DNA of 64,000 nt from Methanoregula sp. UBA154 (GTDB lineage Archaea > Halobacteriota > Methanomicrobia > Methanomicrobiales > Methanospirillaceae): the NCBI GenBank assembly GCA_002502245.1, contig DAPW01000017.1:39105-103104 (forward strand). Reading direction: 5' to 3'. Numbering within the stretch: the stretch's first letter is position 1; the number at the start of each line of letters is the position of its first letter. Under the pieces are notes generated by a model. The model made no database searches and had not been told where the DNA came from. It was given only the letters and a program-made list of their open reading frames with translations. Positions 38,266 to 47,965 of the stretch are shown here, piece by piece. A program made the translations under genes and the position numbers.

Positions 38266-38541
38266 ATGGCACAGGGCGAGTCCATACTGTATCCCTGCTA
38301 TTTCAATGCAGGATATTCCCGCATGGAGGGGCGGCGGGTCAGAAAAAGTCTGGCAATCAAGGCACCGGTGATCACCGACCTTGAGCGCGCTCTGAAACGC
38401 GCAGGTATAAAGTACCGGACAGAGGAGCGCCACCACCCTGCTCACTGGGCCCGGCGGGAGGGGAGGATCGTTGCCGAGTGGACTGAAGGAAAAGAAGCCC
38501 TCATCAAGAAGGTGGCACAGAAGTTGGAGATCCACAAATGA
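38266..38541 (+). CDS. srp19: Signal recognition particle protein SRP19
   Basis: LYPCYF..SRMEGRRV..HP..GRI. Confidence 0.9.
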   Translation: MAQGESILYPCYFNAGYSRMEGRRVRKSLAIKAPVITDLERALKRAGIKYRTEERHHPAHWARREGRIVAEWTEGKEALIKKVAQKLEIHK

Positions 38542-39191
38542 GCGGCCTGTACGACCTCCACACCCACACTATCCTCTCAGACGGGGAGATGCTCCCGATT
38601 GAACTGATCCGCAGGATGGCTGTACTCGGATATACAACTGTTGCCATCACCGACCATGTGGATGCATCAAATGCCCTTTCGGTCATTGAGGCGCTGAAGA
38701 TGGTGCGCGAATCGGCACAGTTGTTCGGCGTCAGGCTTCTTTGTGGCGTGGAAATAACCCACGTGCCCCCTGCACAGATCGCCGCCCTTGCCCGGCAGGT
38801 TAAAGAGACAGGGGCAGATATCGTAGTAGTCCATGGGGAGACCCCGGTCGAGCCGGTCGCTGCCGGCACCAACCATGCAGCCTGCAGCTGCAGGGATGTT
38901 GACGTGCTAGCCCACCCGGGACTGATCACGATCGAGGATGCACTCCTGGCAGCAAAAAATGATATCGCACTTGAACTCACGTCCCGCGGCGGTCATAACC
39001 GGACAAACGGCTATGTTGCCCAGATCGGCCGCGAAGCCGCATGCCGGCTGGTTGTTGACTCAGACGCGCATGCACCGGGCGATCTTCTGGACGAGCGCGC
39101 GAAATTTATCGTTGCCAAAGGGGCCGGACTGACCGAAGCGGAGTGCAGACAGGTTATATCTTTAAATATCGACCAATTCCTTTATTCCTAA
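38538..39191 (+). CDS. PHP-domain phosphoesterase (histidinol-phosphatase-like)
   Basis: DLHTHT..SDG, ITDH, HGET, AHPG and DSDAH. Confidence 0.9.
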   Translation: MSGLYDLHTHTILSDGEMLPIELIRRMAVLGYTTVAITDHVDASNALSVIEALKMVRESAQLFGVRLLCGVEITHVPPAQIAALARQVKETGADIVVVHGETPVEPVAAGTNHAACSCRDVDVLAHPGLITIEDALLAAKNDIALELTSRGGHNRTNGYVAQIGREAACRLVVDSDAHAPGDLLDERAKFIVAKGAGLTEAECRQVISLNIDQFLYS

Positions 39192-39293
39192 ATTTTCTAT
39201 TTATACTTTCACGCAATGTTTAAATACTGTTGTGTCACACATATATAGATTACTAAATTAATCCAGCGTTAATCGTATTTCCGAGGTTGTTGT

Positions 39294-39518
39294 GTGAAGG
39301 TTGTTGGTCGAGCGATGAGCACCATTGGTAACCGGATGCTCATCATCCAGTGCGACGCCGCCCAGCTCCCACCATTATACAGCGAAGTGACTGACAAGAG
39401 GATGAAGCCGGTCGGGAAAATCCTGGATCTCTTCGGCAACGTGAAATCACCCTATGCCGCAGTCCTCTGCCGGGAGAAATGTTCGATCCGGCCTGATGAA
39501 AAGCTCTTCGCAAAATAA
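39294..39518 (+). CDS. gar1: H/ACA RNP component Gar1/Naf1 family
   Basis: VGKILDLFGNVKSPY motif; located just upstream of tfb. Confidence 0.82.
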   Translation: MKVVGRAMSTIGNRMLIIQCDAAQLPPLYSEVTDKRMKPVGKILDLFGNVKSPYAAVLCREKCSIRPDEKLFAK

Positions 39519-39587
39519 CCACCCGACACCGGAATGCCCGGTCCCGCGCAATCAGAACAATGTACCTTTCCAGTTTGGTGAATGTGG

Positions 39588-40592
39588 ATGCAGGAAGTTG
39601 AGAAATTAAAAGTCCTCCAGTCTGAGCGTGAAGCGCTCAAGACACGAATAAAACAGAAAGAACACGAGAAGAAAGCCGAGAACCACACGGAGACGGTCTG
39701 TCCGGAATGCGGTGGCCGGCAGCTCGTCCACGACTACGAACGTGCAGAACTGGTCTGCCAGAGCTGCGGGCTTGTCATCGATGATGATTTCATCGACCGC
39801 GGTCCCGAATGGCGTGCCTTCGACCACGACCAGCGGATGAAGCGGTCCCGTGTCGGCGCTCCGATGACCTTTACCATCCACGACAAGGGCCTTTCGACCA
39901 TGATCGACTGGCGCAACCGGGACTCGTACGGCAGGGCGATCTCCTCCAAGAACCGCGCCCAGCTCTACCGTCTCCGTAAGTGGCAGCGGCGTATCCGGGT
40001 CAGCAATGCGACCGAGCGAAACCTTGCGTTCGCTCTCTCCGAACTGGACCGCATGGCCTCTGCACTGGGTCTCCCGCGGAACGTCCGTGAGACCGCAGCG
40101 GTCGTATACCGTGACGCGGTCGACAAGAACCTCATCCGCGGCCGGAGCATCGAGGGTGTTGCGGCTGCAGCGCTCTACGCAGCCTGTCGCCAGTGCAGCG
40201 TGCCCCGTACACTTGACGAGATCGCCGAAGTGTCCCGTGTGTCCCGGAAGGAGATCGGCAGGACATACCGGTTCATCTCCCGGGAACTCGGACTCAAGCT
40301 CCTCCCAACGTCCCCGATCGATTACGTGCCGCGCTTCTGCTCAGGTCTCACCCTTAAGGGAGAGGTACAGAGCCGCGCCGTGGAGATCCTCCGGCAGGCC
40401 GGTGAGCGGGAACTGACGAGCGGCAGGGGCCCCACCGGTGTAGCGGCAGCAGCCATCTACATCTCCTCCATCCTCGGCGGTGAACGCCGCACCCAGCGCG
40501 AGGTGGCTGAAGTGGCGGGTGTCACCGAAGTAACCATCCGGAACCGGTACAAGGAACTTGCAGAGAAGCTCGATATCGAGATCATTCTCTGA
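39588..40592 (+). CDS. tfb: Transcription initiation factor IIB
   Basis: CPEC/CQSC zinc ribbon, GPEWRAF, two cyclin repeats and [11 protein letters not shown]. Confidence 0.98.
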   Translation: MQEVEKLKVLQSEREALKTRIKQKEHEKKAENHTETVCPECGGRQLVHDYERAELVCQSCGLVIDDDFIDRGPEWRAFDHDQRMKRSRVGAPMTFTIHDKGLSTMIDWRNRDSYGRAISSKNRAQLYRLRKWQRRIRVSNATERNLAFALSELDRMASALGLPRNVRETAAVVYRDAVDKNLIRGRSIEGVAAAALYAACRQCSVPRTLDEIAEVSRVSRKEIGRTYRFISRELGLKLLPTSPIDYVPRFCSGLTLKGEVQSRAVEILRQAGERELTSGRGPTGVAAAAIYISSILGGERRTQREVAEVAGVTEVTIRNRYKELAEKLDIEIIL

Positions 40593-40666
40593 CCTTTTTT
40601 TTGCCCAGCGGGTGACACCAACAACTATATTCCATCGGGTCAGAATCTATTAACCACACCAGAATC

Positions 40667-40738
40667 GGGCTCGTAGATCAGGGGTAGATCGCTACGTTCG
40701 CAACGTAGAGGCCGCGGGTTCAAATCCCGCCGGGTCCA
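40667..40738 (+). tRNA. tRNA-Ala (anticodon CGC)
   Basis: GGGCTCG..CGGGTCCA, anticodon arm CTACG-TT-CGC-AA-CGTAG, G3:U70 pair. Confidence 0.96.
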
Positions 40739-40935
40739 TTGTTGTTTTTTGCCTTTATTCCGTTAGCACGGGCGGGTTTTCAAGGCCATGGACGCGTGGA
40801 TGCCCCCCTACGCATGTTTCCGGCCATTTTCCGGGGCCGGATCCAGTCGGGTGCCAAAATGGATTTATCACCCATCGCGCCAATGTAAATATTTACAGGA
40901 AATCAGCTGTGAGACCAGCTGGCAGGGGTCAATAA

Positions 40936-42159
40936 ATGTCACGCGGACGCGGATCATCCGTTATACCAGTCGCAGTATTTCTCGCAATACTCCTCATCGT
41001 ACTACCGGTCAGTGCATATAATGTCGCGATATACGGTAGCAGTGCCGGGTTCAATCCGGATCTCCACACGGATTCGGTAGTGGTGGTGCAGTCGGTTCCA
41101 GGATCTGCGGGAACCGACCTTGACAGCAATATCGGCCAGTTCCTGCAGCCGTCCGTTGACGTTATCATTCTTGGAGGTGAAGCCACATTCTCCCCGGCAA
41201 CCGCAGCCAAGATAGAGGCTGCAGTGGCAGGCGGGAAGATTCTTGTCGTGACCTATCCCTGCAACCGCCTTTTCGAGATGAGCCTCCCTGCTTCCAATGG
41301 CGGCACCTCGTCGGGTGGGCAGTATCTTGAGGTTTCCGATCCGACATCGGTCGTCTCAAAGGTAATTTTTGCCCAGCTGCCGACACAGTTCCGCTTGCAA
41401 GGTACAGCACCGGAAAAAGAGCAGGCCATTGCACAACCGGGTACCATTACTGTTCTGAACTATGATACCGGGATGCCGGCACTGCTCTTTGGGAAATATG
41501 GAAAGGGGTACGTGATCGAGTGGACGACAGTTCCTTCCCCGTCGTACATGACCCCGGAGCAGGCTGACCTCGTCATCCACCGGATGATCCTTGGGTTACT
41601 GCCGGAACCGACACCTACGCAGACCACCGTGGCCACTCTTCGCACAACCGCAGTTATTCCGCAAATCACTGCGGTCATCACTCAGCCGCTCATCACAACT
41701 GCCAGCCCCGGTCAGACAACAGGATCCCTGGAATCAACCGGCGATATCACGGTCTATTCCTCCCCGCCCGGCGCCAGTATTTTGATCGATGGCAACTATT
41801 TGGGAACAACACCAGGTAAAGTGAGCGGCATACCGGCAGGAAACCATATCCTCCGGCTGACGATGAGCGGGTACTATGATTACGAGGGCTCAATTTATGT
41901 CGTACCGGGACAGCCGAATCAGGGCTATGGTACACTCCAGCCCATAAACCAGATAACCCCCGTCCCAACTACGGTTCCGACGCCGGTCCCGACCATGATC
42001 GTCCCCATCATCATCGCAACGCCTACGCCTGAACCTACGCAGGATCCGGGGCTGCTGGGAAATACAAGTGTGCTCGTAGCCCTCATCGGTGTTATCACCG
42101 CCCTGATTGCTGCCGGCGCATCGGTCTTCACCCACGTCAAGCCCCCAAAGAAGGAGTAA
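40936..42159 (+). CDS. Secreted PEGA-domain protein with C-terminal TM
   Basis: Signal peptide, SSPPGASILIDGNYLGTTP..GNHILRLTMSGY PEGA domain, Pro/Thr linkers and a TM anchor. Confidence 0.87.
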   Translation: MSRGRGSSVIPVAVFLAILLIVLPVSAYNVAIYGSSAGFNPDLHTDSVVVVQSVPGSAGTDLDSNIGQFLQPSVDVIILGGEATFSPATAAKIEAAVAGGKILVVTYPCNRLFEMSLPASNGGTSSGGQYLEVSDPTSVVSKVIFAQLPTQFRLQGTAPEKEQAIAQPGTITVLNYDTGMPALLFGKYGKGYVIEWTTVPSPSYMTPEQADLVIHRMILGLLPEPTPTQTTVATLRTTAVIPQITAVITQPLITTASPGQTTGSLESTGDITVYSSPPGASILIDGNYLGTTPGKVSGIPAGNHILRLTMSGYYDYEGSIYVVPGQPNQGYGTLQPINQITPVPTTVPTPVPTMIVPIIIATPTPEPTQDPGLLGNTSVLVALIGVITALIAAGASVFTHVKPPKKE

Positions 42160-42248
42160 GGGAAGTATCTCCTGCTGGAAGGGCAGGAGATCTGCGATTT
42201 CTGAAAAGTTCGGGCCTGGGAAAATGCGCGGGTAAAGAGAGAAAAAGT

Positions 42249-42434
42249 TCACTTCTTCTGCTGCATCAGCTCGACTTCACTCACGAGCGTTGATTTCAGC
42301 TTATCCACGGCTTCGTTGAGATCGGTGGTTGTCGTTATCATGAAGGAGTTGTCGCTCCGGGGATCGTGATAGTTCACAATGTACTCAATCTGCCCGTCCT
42401 TTGACTTTTTCGGTTCTATAATCAGCTTCGGCAT
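42249..42434 (-). CDS. Small hypothetical protein (61 aa)
   Basis: Protein-like composition with a plausible RBS. Confidence 0.65.
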   Translation of the reverse strand: MPKLIIEPKKSKDGQIEYIVNYHDPRSDNSFMITTTTDLNEAVDKLKSTLVSEVELMQQKK

Positions 42435-42544
42435 ACTGGTCCCGGAGATATTTGTTCCTGGTCCTTCATCTGCCTTGCGGAGGCCTGATCAGTAACAACT
42501 ATATGGAATCCGCTGAAAAATAGTATACCGCAAACCGTATCAGA

Positions 42545-42616
42545 GGGCTCGTAGATCAGGGGTAGATCGTCACGTTTGCAACGTGAAGGCCACGGGTTCA
42601 AATCCCGTCGAGTCCA
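42545..42616 (+). tRNA. tRNA-Ala (anticodon TGC)
   Basis: GGGCTCG..CGAGTCCA, anticodon arm TCACG-TT-TGC-AA-CGTGA, G3:U70 pair. Confidence 0.96.
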
Positions 42617-42850
42617 TTCCTTTCAAGCAATATTTTTTTCAGGATCATGAAGTCATGCCGGAGATCCGCCCCCGCTGCTGTCGCGTCCCTCAATGCACCA
42701 GGCGCTCATAAGGTTTTCATGCAGAGGCAGTCGCTACGAAGAAACTTGATACCGCATCCGTAGGAAGCCGTTCTCATATTTCAGAAAAAAAAACGTCTTC
42801 CCCAGGCAGATGCTCATGCATGACAGGATGCAGGGCTCAGCCTGATGAGA

Positions 42851-43300
42851 TCAGTCCACCCAGTCAAGAAGGTGGCGGGGTTTCTCCTGCCCTTCCCGCG
42901 CAATGATCTTCCGTCTGACCTTCTTTACCGCTTCCGTTGCCGGGGACGGCTGTTTCTCAAACTGCCCGTAATCCATGTAGTCATGAGTGATCCGGTCCTG
43001 TATCCCTCCGCCTATCTCCTGGAACCAGGGAGATACTGGTTCCTCCCCGGCTGCAGGTGCTGCCCGCTCATCGGTGCAGGCAGGGTCCGGCAACCTCACC
43101 GGCCGTGTCTCCACAACACTCACCGGCTCGATCAGCGTGAACGGTGGCGGCGCCATGTTCAGGACCGGTGGCGGGTTGCCGTAAACCTCCGGGGGAATGC
43201 TGGCCTGGCCTGACCGCGAGAGGAGGAAATCCACAAAGTCCTCGGTCTCCTTTCGCTGCTCCGGGGATAACCGCTCCAGCTTGCTTTCCAGGGATTCCAT
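42851..43300 (-). CDS. DUF2281-like domain protein
   Basis: N-terminal KLERLSPEQRKETEDFVDFLL, followed by a Pro-rich region. Confidence 0.7.
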   Translation of the reverse strand: MESLESKLERLSPEQRKETEDFVDFLLSRSGQASIPPEVYGNPPPVLNMAPPPFTLIEPVSVVETRPVRLPDPACTDERAAPAAGEEPVSPWFQEIGGGIQDRITHDYMDYGQFEKQPSPATEAVKKVRRKIIAREGQEKPRHLLDWVD

Positions 43301-43368
43301 GGGTGCACCCGTACTTCTTGGAAGTAAAATATCTCTAATGAAAATTTTGAAATGTTCGATCCGGACCG

Positions 43369-44232
43369 TTATTCCCAGCGGTGCTGGTACCCGAGTTTCT
43401 CCAGCGGGACACCATCCACCAGGGTCTCTCTCTCTGGTATGACCGTCCCGATCACGGTCGCCTTCACGCCCGGGACCGGGTAGCGGTCCGGTGCGATAGT
43501 AAAGATCAGCTCGTAGTCTCCGCCGCCGTAGAGGGCCAGCTCGAGAGCCTGTGCTGCCGGGATTCCCGGCGGGAGCGGGATTTTTTCGGAATCAATGGCA
43601 AATCCGCAGTTGTTGACACTCATCAGGTCATACAGGGACAGCGCAATCCCATCACTGTCGTCCATCATTGCACTCACCCCGGCCCTGCCGAGGAGTTGGC
43701 CCTCCGCCACCCGGGGCTGCGGCTCGAAGAGCGCCTTCTCGAACTGGCGGTACCCGTCAAGCCATGCCTGTGCCTGTCCCGGGGTACCTGTGATACAGAC
43801 CAGGTCGCCCGGCCAGGCACCGGTCCTCCGGACAATATCCCTCCTGCTGACAAGCCCGAGGCCGGTGGTCACGACCGTCAGCTCGTTGTGGTGGTCAATA
43901 TCGCCACCGATGATTTCAGCGCCGAACTTCGTGCAGCAGTCCTTTGCACCCTGCATGACCCCGGCAAGGCTCTGCCAGTCATCCAGCCCGACCGCGATGA
44001 GGAGATACTTCGGCGCGGCTCCCATGCTCGCGATATCCGAGATGGTAACCGCGGCGCTCATCCAGCCAGCCTGCCAGTCGGTCATCCCTTCAACAAAATC
44101 GGTGGTACGGTGGAGCATGTCGGTCGTTGCAACCATCACCTGTTCTCCGCAGGGGAGTTCCGCACAGTCATCAAGGCATTTTTCCTTTCCTACTATCCCC
44201 ATTACCACCTTCAGGAGCTCCCGGTCATCCAC
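43369..44232 (-). CDS. thiL: Thiamine-monophosphate kinase
   Basis: DDCA, SDIASMGA, GGD, DDSDG and GGGDYEL. Confidence 0.93.
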   Translation of the reverse strand: MDDRELLKVVMGIVGKEKCLDDCAELPCGEQVMVATTDMLHRTTDFVEGMTDWQAGWMSAAVTISDIASMGAAPKYLLIAVGLDDWQSLAGVMQGAKDCCTKFGAEIIGGDIDHHNELTVVTTGLGLVSRRDIVRRTGAWPGDLVCITGTPGQAQAWLDGYRQFEKALFEPQPRVAEGQLLGRAGVSAMMDDSDGIALSLYDLMSVNNCGFAIDSEKIPLPPGIPAAQALELALYGGGDYELIFTIAPDRYPVPGVKATVIGTVIPERETLVDGVPLEKLGYQHRWE

Positions 44233-46198
44233 CCTTCCGCACCTCCTTACCCCGTTCGCTCTTGTACTCCTTGAAGATGTGCTCGATCATCTCGGACTTC
44301 TTCTCCCGCTCGTGCTTCTCCTGCTGGCCCTGCCATTCCCGAAGGGCTGACTCGAGGGTCTCTTTTGCAGCAAGTCCCTGCCTTCCCCGTACCTGGACGC
44401 CAGCCTGTATGTCGGAGAACAGGGGGATACCGGCCTCCCGGAACAGTGGCAGCATCTGGGGGTCACCTGTGGTAAGGGCATCGACAGCAGCGATCACTGC
44501 CTTAACCCGCAGTTCCGCAAGGTCCCTGACGATATTTCGTCCCCAGCCATCGGTCCTGGTCACGAAGATGATGTCCCCCTCCTCGATCCCGACATCCTCT
44601 GCCAGTCGCCGGAGCCCGTCTTTTGTCAGGGCATCCATAACCTTGACCGGGACGACTTCCCCCTCCATGGACAGGTCGGCGAATTGCTTGATCCGGGTAA
44701 GACGTTTCCCTAGGTTCCGGTTATGCCGCTCCTCCTTGCGGAGCCGTTTTTTCAGGCTCTGGATCACGGCATCCCGCTTTACCACTTCAACATCCTTCGC
44801 GAGCGCGGCATCGCGGGTGGTGTGGACATTCCGGAGCCGTGCCTGGAGGCGGTGAATCTCGTACTCCTTGCCTTTGACCTCTTCCTGCAGCTCGGTAACA
44901 TACGTGCGGAGACGCTTCACCATCCCGTCAAGCACCCGGACACGTTCGTCGTGCCTGCCACTCTCCCCCGGTACGGGCGCGGTTTCGGCCGGCACAACCG
45001 GTTCCCGCACCGGCACCTTCATCTCTCCGAGGACCGAATCGAGTGACTGGCCCCTGATTACCCGGGCACGAACCTCATCAAGGTCATGTCCCGGAGGGAT
45101 ACGTTTTATGAGGTTCTGGAACTTGTGCCGGTAGTGGCGGTACGCGTCGAGCGCCGCCGAGAGAGCGTCCCGCTCATGGTCGTTGGCGTACCCGAACGGG
45201 GCGGTCATCTCCACTTTCGTGTTCACGCTGACATCCTGTTTTGGCACAAACGCGATCGCGGAGAACGCCCGGCGGATCTTCTCCACCGAATACGGCATTT
45301 CCTGCACATCGGTCGCGATGATGAGGGGCTTTCCCACCTTATAGAGTGACTCGATTACGTCCGACATGGTCATCTGGCGGGAGCTTGCAAGGTGGAGCAG
45401 GTTGCCGTCAAGGTCGAGCGCGGCTGCCGCCGTTGTCGTGCCCGGATCAATACCAACAATCAGGTACCGGGGTTTGATTGAGAGCGGCCGGAACCGGATG
45501 CGTTCGAGCCGTTTCCCGTGTATCCGCACCTGCACATCGGCACCCCGGTAGGTCGGCACCGGTACCTGGTCGCGGGTGGCAAACACCCGGAACGCCACCC
45601 GGCTGCACCCCCCGAATGCCCGGGTCTCCTTCTTCTCGTACCGGAGGCCTGCCGCCACGAGGGCCATCTCGATCTCCCGACCTTTGAGCTGAACAGCGCC
45701 ATGCATCTTGCGCACGTACCGGTTCTGGCTCCACCCGCCTTTTCCCGGGGAGCGGTGGCGGCTTATCACCACCTCGCTCTCATTCTCAAATGCAATAACC
45801 TCGGCACCCGCCCCGAGCGATGCCACCTGTGCCGTGGTGCGGGCTTCGGCAAACGGGTCAAAGCGGTTGAAGCTGATATTGAACCGGGCAGCGACCTTTC
45901 CAAGCGTTTCCTTGCGTTCGCCGCCGGTCACCTGCACAAGCCGTGTCTTTGGGGGCAGCCCCTGCAGGAAAAAGTAGAGTTCGCGCTGATCAGAGGCGAT
46001 CTCCTGAAGGCTGTCAACCGCAAGGATATCCGGCTGTTCCTGATTCAGCATCCGGAACAGGCGGAACATCGAGACCTCGCTCTCGCTCTCGATGGCCCCT
46101 CCCTCCATCCATACAAGGGCATACATAGGGCGGCGGGAACGGGACCGTACCGAGCCTTTGATGATGTCGATTCCAAAGACCTTCAGCCGGTCACGCAT
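44225..46198 (-). CDS. DUF460 domain protein (RNase H-like domains plus coiled coil)
   Basis: GKGGWSQNRY, IVGIDPGTT and NDHERDALSAA, followed by a long coiled coil. Confidence 0.87.
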   Translation of the reverse strand: MRDRLKVFGIDIIKGSVRSRSRRPMYALVWMEGGAIESESEVSMFRLFRMLNQEQPDILAVDSLQEIASDQRELYFFLQGLPPKTRLVQVTGGERKETLGKVAARFNISFNRFDPFAEARTTAQVASLGAGAEVIAFENESEVVISRHRSPGKGGWSQNRYVRKMHGAVQLKGREIEMALVAAGLRYEKKETRAFGGCSRVAFRVFATRDQVPVPTYRGADVQVRIHGKRLERIRFRPLSIKPRYLIVGIDPGTTTAAAALDLDGNLLHLASSRQMTMSDVIESLYKVGKPLIIATDVQEMPYSVEKIRRAFSAIAFVPKQDVSVNTKVEMTAPFGYANDHERDALSAALDAYRHYRHKFQNLIKRIPPGHDLDEVRARVIRGQSLDSVLGEMKVPVREPVVPAETAPVPGESGRHDERVRVLDGMVKRLRTYVTELQEEVKGKEYEIHRLQARLRNVHTTRDAALAKDVEVVKRDAVIQSLKKRLRKEERHNRNLGKRLTRIKQFADLSMEGEVVPVKVMDALTKDGLRRLAEDVGIEEGDIIFVTRTDGWGRNIVRDLAELRVKAVIAAVDALTTGDPQMLPLFREAGIPLFSDIQAGVQVRGRQGLAAKETLESALREWQGQQEKHEREKKSEMIEHIFKEYKSERGKEVRKGG

Positions 46199-47040
46199 CG
46201 GATCGCATCCTCCCGGTCACAAGATAACCGGTACTTTCTCTGGAAGTAGGTAAGGATGTTGTCGATGTCACGTTCAAGGATTGCCTGTGCATTCTGGTGG
46301 CCGGTCTCCATCCACTGCGGCCAGTCGATGAGGACGCACTTTCCGTCTTCCATGAGGATATTGTATTCGGAGAGGTCGGCATGGATAACTCCGGCACGGT
46401 AGGCCTTCTGAACATTTTCCAGGATCTCGTCAAGCACCTCACCGGGCGCATCGAGCCGGCACCGGTTCAGGTTCTGCCCGCTGATAAGCGACATCACTAC
46501 GGTATGCCGGTTCTGGTCGATGGGCAGGGGCACGCTGACTGCAGGGTGCAGGGTGGTGAGGGCGAGGTACTCCCGTTCCGCAGACTTCTTCGATGCAATA
46601 AGCCACGGGCAGTGCCCCTCCTCGGGCATGTACTCGCGGTTGAGCCGGGCTGAGTTGAATGAGCGACCGCCAACACGATGGAACTTAATCGCGACCGGAC
46701 CAAGCCCGAGGGCATCGTAAACTACCGACTCCTTGCCCTCGCCGATCTGGGTTCCGAGGGCCGAGATGGTGCCTTTCCGTGTCAGGGTGGCGAGCGCAAG
46801 GGTGTCATAGCCGCCGAATACCAGCGAATATCCGTCGTAGGGCACCGGGTTGAACCGGACCATGCCCCACGCAATCAGGCGCGAGAGCCGGTAGCTGATC
46901 TCGGACTCCGAGAGTTTTGTCGCCGTCTTCAACTGTTCCAGCGGCACCCACGAATAGCGCTTCATCCCCCGTTCGAGAGCAAGGAGGATGGTCTTCTCAT
47001 ACTTGTTCAGGGAGCGGATCCGGTCCGCGGCGACGACCAT
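46183..47040 (-). CDS. rio2: RIO2-type atypical Ser/Thr kinase
   Basis: N-terminal wHTH, GEGKES, IKFHR, HADLSEYNI and IDWPQ. Confidence 0.92.
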   Translation of the reverse strand: MVVAADRIRSLNKYEKTILLALERGMKRYSWVPLEQLKTATKLSESEISYRLSRLIAWGMVRFNPVPYDGYSLVFGGYDTLALATLTRKGTISALGTQIGEGKESVVYDALGLGPVAIKFHRVGGRSFNSARLNREYMPEEGHCPWLIASKKSAEREYLALTTLHPAVSVPLPIDQNRHTVVMSLISGQNLNRCRLDAPGEVLDEILENVQKAYRAGVIHADLSEYNILMEDGKCVLIDWPQWMETGHQNAQAILERDIDNILTYFQRKYRLSCDREDAIRCVTG

Positions 47041-47152
47041 ATCACCAGAGTGGTTATGTGGCAGACTATAAAATCACATCTTTGAGAACAAAACATTAAT
47101 TCCGGCACAAGATTCAACATCTTCGTTCCTCTACTGTACCTGAGGAGAACGT

Positions 47153-47938
47153 ATGCAGTGCAGCAAATGCAGGAACGAGGCTGTCTTTTTCCAGACGTAT
47201 TCCGGCCGGTACCTGTGCAGCCGGCACCTCTCTGTGGATATCGAGGCGCGTGCAAAACGTTGTATCCGTTCGCACCACTGGATGCAACCCGGGGACCATA
47301 TCGCCGTTCTCGTTTCCGGTGACCGGAAGAGTGCTGCACTCCTGTGCTTCCTAAAAAAAATGACCGCTGACCGGCGGGACATCCGGCTGAGCGCAGTGCC
47401 TGCCTGCGAAAAGGATCCCTGGACGGGGGGCCTGTCAGCTGCCGTGAAGGTTGCGGAATCGCTCCGTATCCCCAGCATTGAATTATCCCTGCCGGGCGCG
47501 TCTGGGGCCGCTGCTGGCGGCAATGTAACTAAGATTGCAATGGCAGTCTCGCTTGATGATATCGCGCAGGGGGTACTGGGGGAGTTCCTTTTCGGCATCG
47601 CAGAACGGCTCGAACATCCCCCGGCGAACGAATGGAACCACCTTCCGGTGATCTGCCCGTTCATTGCCGTGCCTTCAGCTGAGCTGGACCTCTACTGGGA
47701 GATCGCCGGCACAGGAATTGACATCCCGCCCTGCACACCCTGCCGCGATACAATCGTTCAGGAGACCGGGGCACTGCTCGAAAACTTTTCCCGGCGCCAC
47801 CCGGCAACAAAATATGCACTCCTGCACCTTGCGGAACAGCTCGGCTCCAGGAATACTGCTGCCGGAGCGGTCGCGGGTACCTTCAAGCCGGGCGCCGGTG
47901 AGGAGGAGACGTCGCCGCAGAAAAGACCGAACAGTTGA
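47153..47938 (+). CDS. Degenerate Ncs6/TtuA/TtcA-family protein
   Basis: N-terminal CSKC..YSGRYLCSRH zinc finger and HPATKY are retained. The PP-loop reads SGDRKS. Confidence 0.75.
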   Translation: MQCSKCRNEAVFFQTYSGRYLCSRHLSVDIEARAKRCIRSHHWMQPGDHIAVLVSGDRKSAALLCFLKKMTADRRDIRLSAVPACEKDPWTGGLSAAVKVAESLRIPSIELSLPGASGAAAGGNVTKIAMAVSLDDIAQGVLGEFLFGIAERLEHPPANEWNHLPVICPFIAVPSAELDLYWEIAGTGIDIPPCTPCRDTIVQETGALLENFSRRHPATKYALLHLAEQLGSRNTAAGAVAGTFKPGAGEEETSPQKRPNS

Positions 47939-47965
47939 AAAACTCCGTTTGTCTATTATAACAAA

